Origin: Moraxella nasicaprae
GTDB lineage: Bacteria > Pseudomonadota > Gammaproteobacteria > Pseudomonadales > Moraxellaceae
Direction of reading: 5' to 3'
DNA length: 32,000 nucleotides
NCBI RefSeq assembly: GCF_025643275.1
Contig: NZ_CP089977.1
Location: 60,001-92,000 of the forward strand
Part shown: piece by piece, positions 8,963-16,904 of the stretch
Layout: each line of letters begins with the position of its first letter
Numbering within the stretch: the stretch's first letter is position 1
Notes under the pieces: generated by a model
Seen by the model: the letters and a program-made list of their open reading frames with translations, nothing else
Databases searched by the model: none
Told to the model about the DNA's origin: nothing
Position numbers and translations under genes: made by a program

Positions 8963-9101
8963 GATTATTCTCTAAATAATTCTTAAAATAAAAGACAAAA
9001 CCGCCAACAATCATCGGCATCAATGGCAACTCAATGCCAAAAATTGACGGCATTTTATCACAAAAACGCCATCGCTGACAATTTACTATCTTGTTAAATC
9101 G

Positions 9102-9150
9102 TTATCATACCGATTGGTTAAATCAATCAATTCAACCAATCGGTTATCAT
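9102..9150 (-). repeat. 10-bp inverted repeat hairpin flanked by 7-bp direct repeats, immediately downstream of metZ (possible terminator)
   Basis: CCGATTGGTT (9110-9119) and AACCAATCGG (9134-9143) are perfect reverse complements with a 14-nt spacer. TTATCAT occurs at 9102-9108 and 9144-9150. No U-tract follows on the metZ strand. Confidence 0.5.
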
Positions 9151-10400
9151 CATAGCTGATTAAGCCCCCTTGCCAAATCAGCAATAATATCATCCACATT
9201 TTCAAGCCCCACCGACAGACGAATTAAGCCATCATTCACACCTGCCTCTACCCTCTGCTCTGGGGTCATTCTAAAATGGGTGGTGGTCGCTGGGTGGGTG
9301 ATGGTGGTTTTGGCATCGCCTAAGTTATTGGTGATGCTAATCATTTTGGTGCTGTCAATCACTTGCCAAGCCGATGTTTGGTCAGCCACTTCAAAGCCAA
9401 TAATCGCCCCAAACGCCCCTGTGATTGCCCCACCGCTGACATTTTTTAATGCTGTATGTTGATTTTTGGCAATTTCGTGGCTTTGGTGCGTGGGCAGTCC
9501 TGAAAAATGCACCTTTAAAACCTTTGGGTGGTTTTGTAAAAATTCTGCCACACGGTTGGCATTTTCGCAGTGGGCTTTCATACGCAAAGACAGCGTTTCA
9601 AGCCCCTTTAACAGCACCCACGCATTAAAGGGCGACAAGCTAATGCCCCCTGTACGCACCACGCCAAAGGCTTTTTCCATTAAGTCATCACAGCCAACCA
9701 AAGCCCCACCCAAAACTCGCCCTTGACCATCAATGTATTTACTGGCTGAATGAATGACCACATCCGCCCCAAGCTCTAGGGGCTTTTGAATGGCTGGGGT
9801 GGCAAAGCAGTTGTCCACGATAAGCAGTGCCCCATTGTCGTGAGCCAATTTCGCCAAAAATCGCAAATCGGCAATCTGTGCTAAGGGATTGGACGGGCTT
9901 TCGCAGTACAAAACTTTGGTGTTATTCTGTATCGCCCTTGCCCAAGCATCATTATCAAAGCAGTCCACATAAGACACTTCCACGCCAAAGGCTTTAAAAT
10001 AAGTATCAAAGAGTGCCACCGATGAGCCAAAGAGCTGTTTGGCACAAAGCAGATGGTCGCCTGCTTTAAGATAGGCAAGGCACATTGTCAAAATCGCCCC
10101 CATACCGCTTGCGGTAGCAACACAGCGTTCACCGCCTTCTAATAGGGCAAGCCGTCTTTCAAAGGCTCGCACGGTGGGGTTGGTATGACGGCTATACACA
10201 TTGCCTTTTTTATTGCCATTAAAATGGTCGGCAGCATCTTTGGCGGATTTGTACACATAAGAACTTGTGGCAAAAATCGCCTCACTATGCTCGCCCTCAT
10301 CGGTGCGATGATAACCGCCACGCACGGCAAGGGTTTGTTCAAAAAATCCCAAAGATGGGTCTAGGGCATCGGACTGCCAGTTGGGGTCAAGTTGGGTCAT
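9150..10400 (-). CDS. metZ: O-succinylhomoserine sulfhydrylase (PLP-dependent Cys/Met-metabolism family)
   Basis: TLAVRGG..RT.EGEHSEAIF.TSSY, NVYSRHTNPTVRAFE, PLP-lysine motif HSASKYIDGQG and C-terminal LIRLSVGLE..DD..ADL..GL are collinear with Pseudomonas MetZ as I recall it. The start is moved from GTG 10412 to ATG 10400, preceded by GAGAAA. Confidence 0.85.
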   Translation of the reverse strand: MTQLDPNWQSDALDPSLGFFEQTLAVRGGYHRTDEGEHSEAIFATSSYVYKSAKDAADHFNGNKKGNVYSRHTNPTVRAFERRLALLEGGERCVATASGMGAILTMCLAYLKAGDHLLCAKQLFGSSVALFDTYFKAFGVEVSYVDCFDNDAWARAIQNNTKVLYCESPSNPLAQIADLRFLAKLAHDNGALLIVDNCFATPAIQKPLELGADVVIHSASKYIDGQGRVLGGALVGCDDLMEKAFGVVRTGGISLSPFNAWVLLKGLETLSLRMKAHCENANRVAEFLQNHPKVLKVHFSGLPTHQSHEIAKNQHTALKNVSGGAITGAFGAIIGFEVADQTSAWQVIDSTKMISITNNLGDAKTTITHPATTTHFRMTPEQRVEAGVNDGLIRLSVGLENVDDIIADLARGLNQL

Positions 10401-10441
10401 TGTTTTTCTCACATGATGAATGAACGATTGTGTTTAAGCAT

Positions 10442-10469
10442 ATCATAATTTGGCAAAAAAATGTACCAA
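10442..10469 (-). promoter_or_regulatory. Candidate sigma70 promoter of metZ
   Basis: On the minus strand: TTGGTA (10469-10464), 16-nt spacer, TATGAT (10447-10442). It lies about 40 nt upstream of the metZ ATG. Confidence 0.45.
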
Positions 10470-10594
10470 AACCACCATCATTTGCCCAAAATACACGATT
10501 TTGACATCAACATCGCTCATTCCAAAATGGAAAATATAAAGTCATTTTTACCACTAGGATTTTAGCGGTTAATTGCGTAAAGTATGGCATATTT

Positions 10595-10603
10595 GTTACA
10601 ATG
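10595..10603 (+). promoter_or_regulatory. Candidate extended -10 promoter of cysP
   Basis: TGTTACAAT (TGnTAcAAT) lies 42 nt upstream of the cysP ATG. There is no good -35. Confidence 0.4.
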
Positions 10604-10644
10604 ATGACAATGAATTAAACGAGAATATTTTGATAAGGTTTCTT

Positions 10645-11694
10645 ATGACAAAAACAGCTTTTTTTGGCATGACTGTGGCAACAGGTGTGCTAGCATTGAC
10701 CGCCTGCTCTAACGACAAACCAGCTGAACAATCACCCCAAGCCAGTCAGGGCAGCACCACCGAATTACTCAATGTTTCTTATGATGTGTCTCGTGATTTT
10801 TATAAAGAATACAATGAGTTATTTACCAAGCATTATGCCACTGCTGAGCCAGCTGTCAAGCTTAGCATCAAACAATCCCATGGCGGTTCAAGCAAGCAAG
10901 CCCTTTCCATCAAAAACGGTCTGCAAGCTGATATTGCCACCATGAATCAAGGGTCAGACATTGAGCTGCTTGCTGATGCCAAATTGGTCGATGCCAACTG
11001 GCGTTCTGCCTTTGCCAACAACGCCATTCCTTTTACCAGTACCATCGTATTTTTGGTGCGTCAAGGTAACCCAAAAGGCATCAAAGACTGGCAAGACTTA
11101 ACCAAATCAGGCACTCAAATCGTCATCGCTAACCCAAAAACCACCGGCAATGGTCGCTACACTTTTTTGGCGGCCTATGGTTATGGTTTGCACACATTTA
11201 GCCAAGACGAACAAAAAACCAAAGAATTTGCCAAAGCCTTGATTGGCAATGTCAAGGTCTTTGAAAATGGCGGACGAGCTGCCACCACCACTTTTGCCCA
11301 AAGAAATATTGGCGATGTGTTGATTACTTTTGAAAACGAAGCCAATGTCATCAAAGGCAAATTTGGCAACATTGACATCGTGTATCCAAGCTACACCATC
11401 AATGCCGAAAACCCTGTGGCAGTCGTCAAATCGGTCACCGATAATAAAGGCACAACCAAAGTCGCCACTGATTATCTGGCTCATTTATACAGCGATGAAG
11501 CTCAGGAACTTGCTGCCAAATTTTATTTGCGTCCAAGCAATCCAGAGATTTTGGCAAAATACAGCAAACAGTTCCCTGCCATGCAAACTTTCTTCCCAAC
11601 CGAAGTGTTTGGCGATTGGGCAAGCATCATGAAAACCTATTTTAGCGACGGTGGTGTGTACGACTCGCTTGCCACCCAAGCCCAGCAGCCATAA
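10645..11694 (+). CDS. cysP: Sulfate/thiosulfate ABC transporter substrate-binding protein, lipoprotein form
   Basis: Sbp/CysP-family sequence (LLNVSYDVSRDFYKEYN, HGGSSKQA, NPKTTGNGRYTFLAAYGY, ITFENEA) and position upstream of cysT-cysW-cysA. The start is moved to ATG 10645 (TAAGG SD). The signal peptide ends in the lipobox LTAC. Confidence 0.9.
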   Translation: MTKTAFFGMTVATGVLALTACSNDKPAEQSPQASQGSTTELLNVSYDVSRDFYKEYNELFTKHYATAEPAVKLSIKQSHGGSSKQALSIKNGLQADIATMNQGSDIELLADAKLVDANWRSAFANNAIPFTSTIVFLVRQGNPKGIKDWQDLTKSGTQIVIANPKTTGNGRYTFLAAYGYGLHTFSQDEQKTKEFAKALIGNVKVFENGGRAATTTFAQRNIGDVLITFENEANVIKGKFGNIDIVYPSYTINAENPVAVVKSVTDNKGTTKVATDYLAHLYSDEAQELAAKFYLRPSNPEILAKYSKQFPAMQTFFPTEVFGDWASIMKTYFSDGGVYDSLATQAQQP

Positions 11695-11716
11695 TTTGAT
11701 TGTTTTTGCAAAAAAT

Positions 11717-11742
11717 CAGTCAAATTGTTTGGCTGGTTTTTT
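11717..11742 (+). terminator. Intrinsic terminator/attenuator between cysP and cysT
   Basis: CAGTCAAA (11717-11724) pairs with TTTGGCTG (11728-11735), with one G-U pair and a 3-nt loop. GTTTTTT (11736-11742) follows, 23 nt after the cysP stop. Confidence 0.5.
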
Positions 11743-11853
11743 GCTATGACCGACAAGCTGATTAAAAGCCATCTCAATTTACCATCAGGTCATGCTCATC
11801 GCTCTATTTTTCATCGTGTACTTGATGAATCAATCATGTTATTTAGGTGCATT

Positions 11854-12738
11854 ATGCAACACGCTTCATCATCAACCATCTCAAAAAATCGCCCACGCCG
11901 TGTGATGCCATTTTTTGGGCTAAGCATGGGTATCAGTATTTTTGCGTTGTCCTTATTGGTCATATTGCCTTTTGCGATGATGATTTTGACCACCCTACAA
12001 ATGGGCGTTGGGGAAATTATTCAGACCATTTTTGAACCACAGGTATTTGCTGCCATCAAGTTGTCCTTGACAATGGCAGCCTTAGCGACGATGACCAACC
12101 TCATTTTTGGTACGCTGATTGCTTGGGTTTTGGTGCGTTACGAATTTTGGGGAAAATCACTCATTAATGCCTTAGTGGATTTACCATTTGCCCTGCCAAC
12201 TGCGGTCACTGGCATTGCATTGGCGACTTTGTATGCACCAAACGGTCTGTTTGGGCAATGGTTTGCCAGCTTAGGTATGTGGCTGATTGGCAAGCCCATT
12301 CAGATTGCTTTTACTCCGATTGGTATTTGGCTGGCATTGGTGGTGGTGAGCTTTCCATTCATCGTGCGTGCCGTTCAGCCTGTACTGGCGGAACTGTCCA
12401 GTGAATATGAAGAAGCCGCAGCGGTGATGGGTGCTGGACGATGGACGATTTTTCGTAGAGTGATTTTGCCAGAGATTACCCCTGCCATGCTGATTGGTGC
12501 AGGCATGATGTTCGCTCGTGCCACAGGCGAATATGGCTCGGTGATTTTTATCGCAGGCAACATCCCCATGCAATCAGAAATACTACCGCTCATCATCATC
12601 TCAAAATTAGAACAATTTGATGTGGCGGCAGCGTCTTGTGTTGCTTTATTTATGTTATTGATTTCATTGGTGATTTTATTTGCCATCAACTTTGCCCAAT
12701 GGAAATTATCCGCCCGACTTGGGGCAAAAACCAACTAA
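11854..12738 (+). CDS. cysT: Sulfate ABC transporter permease CysT (CysU)
   Basis: Collinear with E. coli CysU. Includes LVDLPFALPTAVTGIALA and the EAA loop SEYEEAAAVMGAGRWTIFRRVILPE. The start is set at ATG 11854 (TAGGTG SD) rather than the ORF-track TTG 11725. Confidence 0.9.
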   Translation: MQHASSSTISKNRPRRVMPFFGLSMGISIFALSLLVILPFAMMILTTLQMGVGEIIQTIFEPQVFAAIKLSLTMAALATMTNLIFGTLIAWVLVRYEFWGKSLINALVDLPFALPTAVTGIALATLYAPNGLFGQWFASLGMWLIGKPIQIAFTPIGIWLALVVVSFPFIVRAVQPVLAELSSEYEEAAAVMGAGRWTIFRRVILPEITPAMLIGAGMMFARATGEYGSVIFIAGNIPMQSEILPLIIISKLEQFDVAAASCVALFMLLISLVILFAINFAQWKLSARLGAKTN

Positions 12739-12748
12739 GAGAACCACC

Positions 12749-13591
12749 ATGAGTACACCCAACCGACCTTATCAACACTCCCCTGCCACTCGTGATGCTC
12801 TTTGGGTGCGATGGCTACTGATTTTTGTGGCGATGATTTTTGTGGCGATGATGCTGGTTGTGCCTTTGGTGTCGGTATTTTATGAAGCACTCAAAGACGG
12901 CTGGCAAGCCTATCAATCAGCCATCACAGAACCAGATAGCCTATCCGCCATTCGTTTGACGCTCCTGACCACGGCGATTATTTTGCCCATCAATACCATC
13001 ATCGGTGTGGCATTGGCATATCTGATTACTCGTCACAAATTTCGTGGCAAATTCATCATCACTACCCTGCTGGATTTACCATTTGCCGTATCGCCTGTGG
13101 TGGCAGGATTGATGTTTGTACTGCTATTTGGGGCAAATACTGTCTTGGGCGGGTTTTTTGAAAGCATCGGTATCCAGATTATCTTTGCCACCACAGGCAT
13201 CGTATTAGCCACCTTGTTTGTCACTTTTCCGTTCATTGCTCGTGAACTGATTCCATTGATGCAAGCACAAGGGGATAGCGAAGAGGAGGCTGCCTTGACG
13301 CTAGGTGCTAATGGCTGGCAAATGTTTTGGAAAGTTACCCTACCCAACATCAAATGGGCATTGCTCTATGGCATCATTTTGACCAATGCCCGTGCGATGG
13401 GCGAGTTTGGTGCGGTCAGCGTGGTATCAGGACATATTCGTGGGGAAACCAACACCATGCCTTTGATGATTGAAATTGCTTATAATGAATATGCGTTTAC
13501 GCTGGCATTTGCCCTATCTAGTCTATTGGCATTATTAGCATTATTGACATTGCTGGTTCAGCGATTGATGAATCATCAGCAAAAACATTAA
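12749..13591 (+). CDS. cysW: Sulfate ABC transporter permease CysW
   Basis: Second BPD-type permease (LLDLPFAVSPVVAGLMFVLLFG; EAA loop SEEEAALTLGANGWQMFWKVTLPN). The start is at ATG 12749, 10 nt after the cysT stop. Confidence 0.9.
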   Translation: MSTPNRPYQHSPATRDALWVRWLLIFVAMIFVAMMLVVPLVSVFYEALKDGWQAYQSAITEPDSLSAIRLTLLTTAIILPINTIIGVALAYLITRHKFRGKFIITTLLDLPFAVSPVVAGLMFVLLFGANTVLGGFFESIGIQIIFATTGIVLATLFVTFPFIARELIPLMQAQGDSEEEAALTLGANGWQMFWKVTLPNIKWALLYGIILTNARAMGEFGAVSVVSGHIRGETNTMPLMIEIAYNEYAFTLAFALSSLLALLALLTLLVQRLMNHQQKH

Positions 13592-13617
13592 ATTTTTTAC
13601 ACCACTTAGAAAACATC

Positions 13618-14337
13618 ATGAACATTCAGCTACAACACATTCACAAAAGTTTTGGCAACTTTACCGCCTTGCACGACATCAATCTTACCATCAAAAGCGG
13701 ACAACTAACCACACTGCTAGGTCCGTCAGGTTGCGGCAAGACCACGCTACTTCGCATCATTGCAGGTTTGGAAAATGCCGAACGAGGTCGGATTATGTTT
13801 GATGAACAGGACATGACCGACATTCCCGTCCAAAAGCGAGGCATTGGCTTTGTATTTCAGCAATACGCCCTATTTCGCCATCAAACCGTTGCTCAAAATA
13901 TCGCTTTTGGTTTGACTTTATTACCCAAAGACAAAAGACTCTCGCCTCAACAAATCGCTCATCGTGTCGATGAATTATTGACATTAGTGCAATTATCACA
14001 CACCAAAGACCGCTATCCGCATGAGCTATCAGGCGGTCAAAGACAGCGTATCGCCCTTGCAAGAGCCTTAGCAACTAACCCTAAATTACTACTACTGGAC
14101 GAGCCGTTTGGTGCATTGGACGCCAAAGTCCGCAAAGAACTTCGTCAATCCCTAAAAAACATTCAGCAAGAAATTGGCATCACCAGCATCATGGTAACGC
14201 ACGACCAAGAGGAAGCTCATGCCGTCTCTGACCAAATCGTCATCATGAATCACGGTCAGATTGAGCAGATTGGTTCGCCTGATGAGCTATTTCGCCAGCC
14301 AAATAGCGATTTTGTGGTGGATTTTTTGGGATTATAG
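13618..14337 (+). CDS. cysA: Sulfate ABC transporter ATP-binding protein CysA, nucleotide-binding domain only (239 aa)
   Basis: Walker A GPSGCGKTT, Q-loop, signature LSGGQRQRIALARAL, Walker B LLLLDEPFGALD and H-loop VTHDQEEA. The ORF stops at ...DFVVDFLGL*, the point where E. coli CysA (365 aa as I recall) continues into its C-terminal regulatory domain. Confidence 0.9.
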   Translation: MNIQLQHIHKSFGNFTALHDINLTIKSGQLTTLLGPSGCGKTTLLRIIAGLENAERGRIMFDEQDMTDIPVQKRGIGFVFQQYALFRHQTVAQNIAFGLTLLPKDKRLSPQQIAHRVDELLTLVQLSHTKDRYPHELSGGQRQRIALARALATNPKLLLLDEPFGALDAKVRKELRQSLKNIQQEIGITSIMVTHDQEEAHAVSDQIVIMNHGQIEQIGSPDELFRQPNSDFVVDFLGL

Positions 14338-14365
14338 AGCATTAATTTTTTACCAATAGATACAT

Positions 14366-14417
14366 AAGATTTCCCCAAAGTGCTAATTTTTTTGTTACAA
14401 TGGGGAAATTTTATTTG
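14366..14417 (+). terminator. Large-loop hairpin plus T-run after cysA (possible operon terminator)
   Basis: ATTTCCCCA (14369-14377) pairs perfectly with TGGGGAAAT (14401-14409) and can extend to about 12 bp. The loop is 23 nt, and TTTTATTT follows. Confidence 0.4.
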
Positions 14418-15170
14418 ATTATGCTTATGGATACGCCAACTCATCTTGATTCAACAGACGCACCATCACCCTTTTTATTAGAAAACCTATTGTTTGGCTG
14501 GCAACAAACGCTTGGCAATATCAAGCACAGCTATGCCACCACTGCTGATAACCTGATTGATGAGTTTTTACTCACCATCAGTCAAGCACAAATCAATGAT
14601 GCCCTATACCAATACGTGGTTCGCAATGTCAAAATGTTGCACCATCTGCACCTTGATTTGCATGAGGATTATTTACGCCTAACCTGCACGGTTGATGTGA
14701 TGGGTATTTATGCAACCGTCGCCAGTGATTTTCAATTGGTACAAATCCAGCTTAATAAACACAGCCAACGCCTTGTTCTTAAACAAATCAGCCCAACCGA
14801 TGTGCTAGAATTACATACTCGCACTTGGTATCAAGCACCGTTGGCACGATTTGCTGTTGGGGCTTATCGTGCGTTATTGAGAAAAGACCCTCTGCCGTTT
14901 ATTCTAAGCAGCATTAAAATCAAAGGCATGCCATTCACCGAACATAAAGGCAATGTCATCTATCTTGAAATCGGTCGCTGGCTAACCAAGATAGACAAAT
15001 TTGCCGACATCATTCGCCGTGTGCAAGTCAATCATGGCATCTTAAAAGACGAACAACTCTTATTAAGATTGCAACCCAATTTTGGCGAGATTTTGAGTTT
15101 TGGCGACCCTAATGACGACATCATCACCGACAAAGACAAACCAAAAATTGACGAACACACCGCCAGTTAA
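14400..15170 (+). CDS. Hypothetical cytoplasmic protein (about 250 aa), no recognised family
   Basis: 771-nt ORF in AT-rich DNA ending at a strong bidirectional terminator, with no signal peptide or TM segment. The start is uncertain: ATG 14400, 14421 or 14427, none with a clear SD. Confidence 0.7.
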   Translation: MGKFYLIMLMDTPTHLDSTDAPSPFLLENLLFGWQQTLGNIKHSYATTADNLIDEFLLTISQAQINDALYQYVVRNVKMLHHLHLDLHEDYLRLTCTVDVMGIYATVASDFQLVQIQLNKHSQRLVLKQISPTDVLELHTRTWYQAPLARFAVGAYRALLRKDPLPFILSSIKIKGMPFTEHKGNVIYLEIGRWLTKIDKFADIIRRVQVNHGILKDEQLLLRLQPNFGEILSFGDPNDDIITDKDKPKIDEHTAS

Positions 15171-15172
15171 AT

Positions 15173-15206
15173 AAAAAAAGCACTTAATCTGATTAAGTGC
15201 TTTTTT
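15173..15206. terminator. Bidirectional rho-independent terminator between orf256 and cydC
   Basis: GCACTTAAT (15180-15188) pairs with ATTAAGTGC (15192-15200). AAAAAAA lies upstream and TTTTTT downstream. Confidence 0.8.
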
Positions 15207-15208
15207 GT

Positions 15209-16903
15209 TCATACACCAATGGTGAGTGTCTGCACATCGCCCATCTCTTGCCAACGCTGATGTGTGCTGATGATGAGTAGCCCAATTCTGCCCTGCTGCT
15301 TGGCGTATAGCAAATTTTGCCACAACAGCTGACGAGTGGCATCATCAAGTCCAGCAAATGGCTCATCAAGCAACAACACCTGCTTGGGAGATAACAGTAG
15401 GCGTGCCAAAGCGATGCGTCTGGCTTGCCCGCCAGAAACCGCCATGCCATACTCTCCTAAGGGCGTTGCCAAGCCTTTTGGTTGCTGACCAAGCCAATCA
15501 CCCAAACCCACTTGTGTCAGCACAGCACGCAGCTCATCATCGCTGGCGTTCATCTTGCCAAGTCGTAAATTATCCGCTAGGGTTTGGTCAAAAATATCCA
15601 CCGTCTGACCCAAAAAACCTAATTGACCAGCAAAATCAATCTGTTGCCAGTCTTGTTGCTGTATTGAATCAACCAGCTGTATCCGACCGCCCACCAAAGG
15701 ATACTCCCCTGCCAATGTGTGTAGCAAGGTGGACTTACCCGCACCTGATACACCTTGAATCAAGCAGGGGCAAGCAAAGTCAATCACGGCATTTAGCGTG
15801 GCGATGGGCGTATTAGCCGTTGGTGCTTTCATGATGGCATCATCAATGCGTATCTGTGCCTGACCGACAGTGGTAGTCAAAGGCGTCTTAACAACAGCTG
15901 TTGGTTGCATCAGTAGTTCATTAAGGCGGGTTTTGGCAACCAAACTTCTGCCCAATGCTAAGGGTTCAGCCAGTAGATTCTGAGCAAATTCATTGATGCC
16001 AAACACCCCTAGCACCATCGCCAATACTAAGGCAGGACTAAGATAAGGATAGTTATTTAAAGTTTGCTTAGTAAATGGCACAACATCGGTCAATAATGCC
16101 GACTTTGCCAGCCAAAGTAGTGATACCACCACCAAGATGATGATGATTTGCACCAATAGTAATGACATTCGCCGAAGCAAGTGTGTGCGTCTCTGCACCG
16201 CCACATAAGTGTCATCAAGTGCTGCAAATGCCTGTACCGTATCTTGCCAACGATGCCATAAAATCAGCTGTGTCAAAGCTGGCATTGTATCTAGCAGCTT
16301 GCTTTTTCTTTGTTCTAATAATTGGCTTTCTTGTGTTGCCAATGCCAAGCCAAGCCAATGGGTAACGCCTGCCACCACAAGCATTAGGCTTAATATCGCC
16401 ACCGACCATACCGCACTTGGCAAGATAAGAAAAATCGCACCGCCCACCGCCAGCAATGCCATTATAAGCATCAGCCAAGGCGACAATACTCGTAGCACAA
16501 ACTCATTTAGCACATCGATGTCTTTGACCAAGCGGTGCATTTTTTGGCTACTGCTACCCTGATTTCTTTGGGCAAAATCAAGTTTTGCCCATTGCCCAAA
16601 AAACTTCACTCGCAAGGATTTTAGCAAATCAAACACCAGATGATGCGACATCATCAAATCGCCATAACGCCCCAGCGTGCGAATGATGGCAAAATAGCGA
16701 ATGATACCAGCAGGTAGCATATAATTAAAAAAATGCCCACCCAACGCAACCATGCCAGCCGTCGCTGACATCGTGATGAACCAGCCAGACACCATGCCCA
16801 AGCCCAATATCGCCCAAGTAGTAACGATACCCAGTAACCAAGCAAAGCACCACAGCCATAGTCGGTGCGTGATGAGTTGTCGTAGAGCAAATGTTTGTTT
16901 CAT
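15209..16903 (-). CDS. cydC: Cysteine/glutathione ABC exporter permease-ATPase CydC
   Basis: Six-TM domain plus NBD (Walker A GVSGAGKST, signature VSGGQARRIALARLL, Walker B LLLDEPFAGLD), immediately downstream of cydD. The start is set at ATG 16903 (TAAcATG junction with cydD) rather than 16939. Confidence 0.85.
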   Translation of the reverse strand: MKQTFALRQLITHRLWLWCFAWLLGIVTTWAILGLGMVSGWFITMSATAGMVALGGHFFNYMLPAGIIRYFAIIRTLGRYGDLMMSHHLVFDLLKSLRVKFFGQWAKLDFAQRNQGSSSQKMHRLVKDIDVLNEFVLRVLSPWLMLIMALLAVGGAIFLILPSAVWSVAILSLMLVVAGVTHWLGLALATQESQLLEQRKSKLLDTMPALTQLILWHRWQDTVQAFAALDDTYVAVQRRTHLLRRMSLLLVQIIIILVVVSLLWLAKSALLTDVVPFTKQTLNNYPYLSPALVLAMVLGVFGINEFAQNLLAEPLALGRSLVAKTRLNELLMQPTAVVKTPLTTTVGQAQIRIDDAIMKAPTANTPIATLNAVIDFACPCLIQGVSGAGKSTLLHTLAGEYPLVGGRIQLVDSIQQQDWQQIDFAGQLGFLGQTVDIFDQTLADNLRLGKMNASDDELRAVLTQVGLGDWLGQQPKGLATPLGEYGMAVSGGQARRIALARLLLSPKQVLLLDEPFAGLDDATRQLLWQNLLYAKQQGRIGLLIISTHQRWQEMGDVQTLTIGV

Positions 16904-16904
16904 G

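Noticed and set aside
8963-9109. I searched for an NrdR box upstream of nrdB. The best candidate is ACAATTTACTATCTTGT (9078-9094).
   Set aside because: It has ACA/TGT ends but an 11-nt rather than 10-nt core and poor internal symmetry. That is not enough to call by eye.
10401-10441. Possible SAM or other riboswitch in front of metZ.
   Set aside because: With the TTGGTA-16-TATGAT promoter the leader is only about 40 nt, too short for any known SAM riboswitch class. No conserved riboswitch motifs were seen.
11725-11853. N-terminal extensions in the ORF track: cysT from 11725, nrdA from 896, the OMP from 4307, cysP from 10573, cysW from 12680, cydC from 16939, the racemase from 20208 and hrpA from 26031.
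   Set aside because: In each case an internal ATG or GTG with a proper SD gives an N-terminus matching the family (signal peptide, lipobox or conserved first residues). The extensions also run through terminators or promoters and look non-coding.
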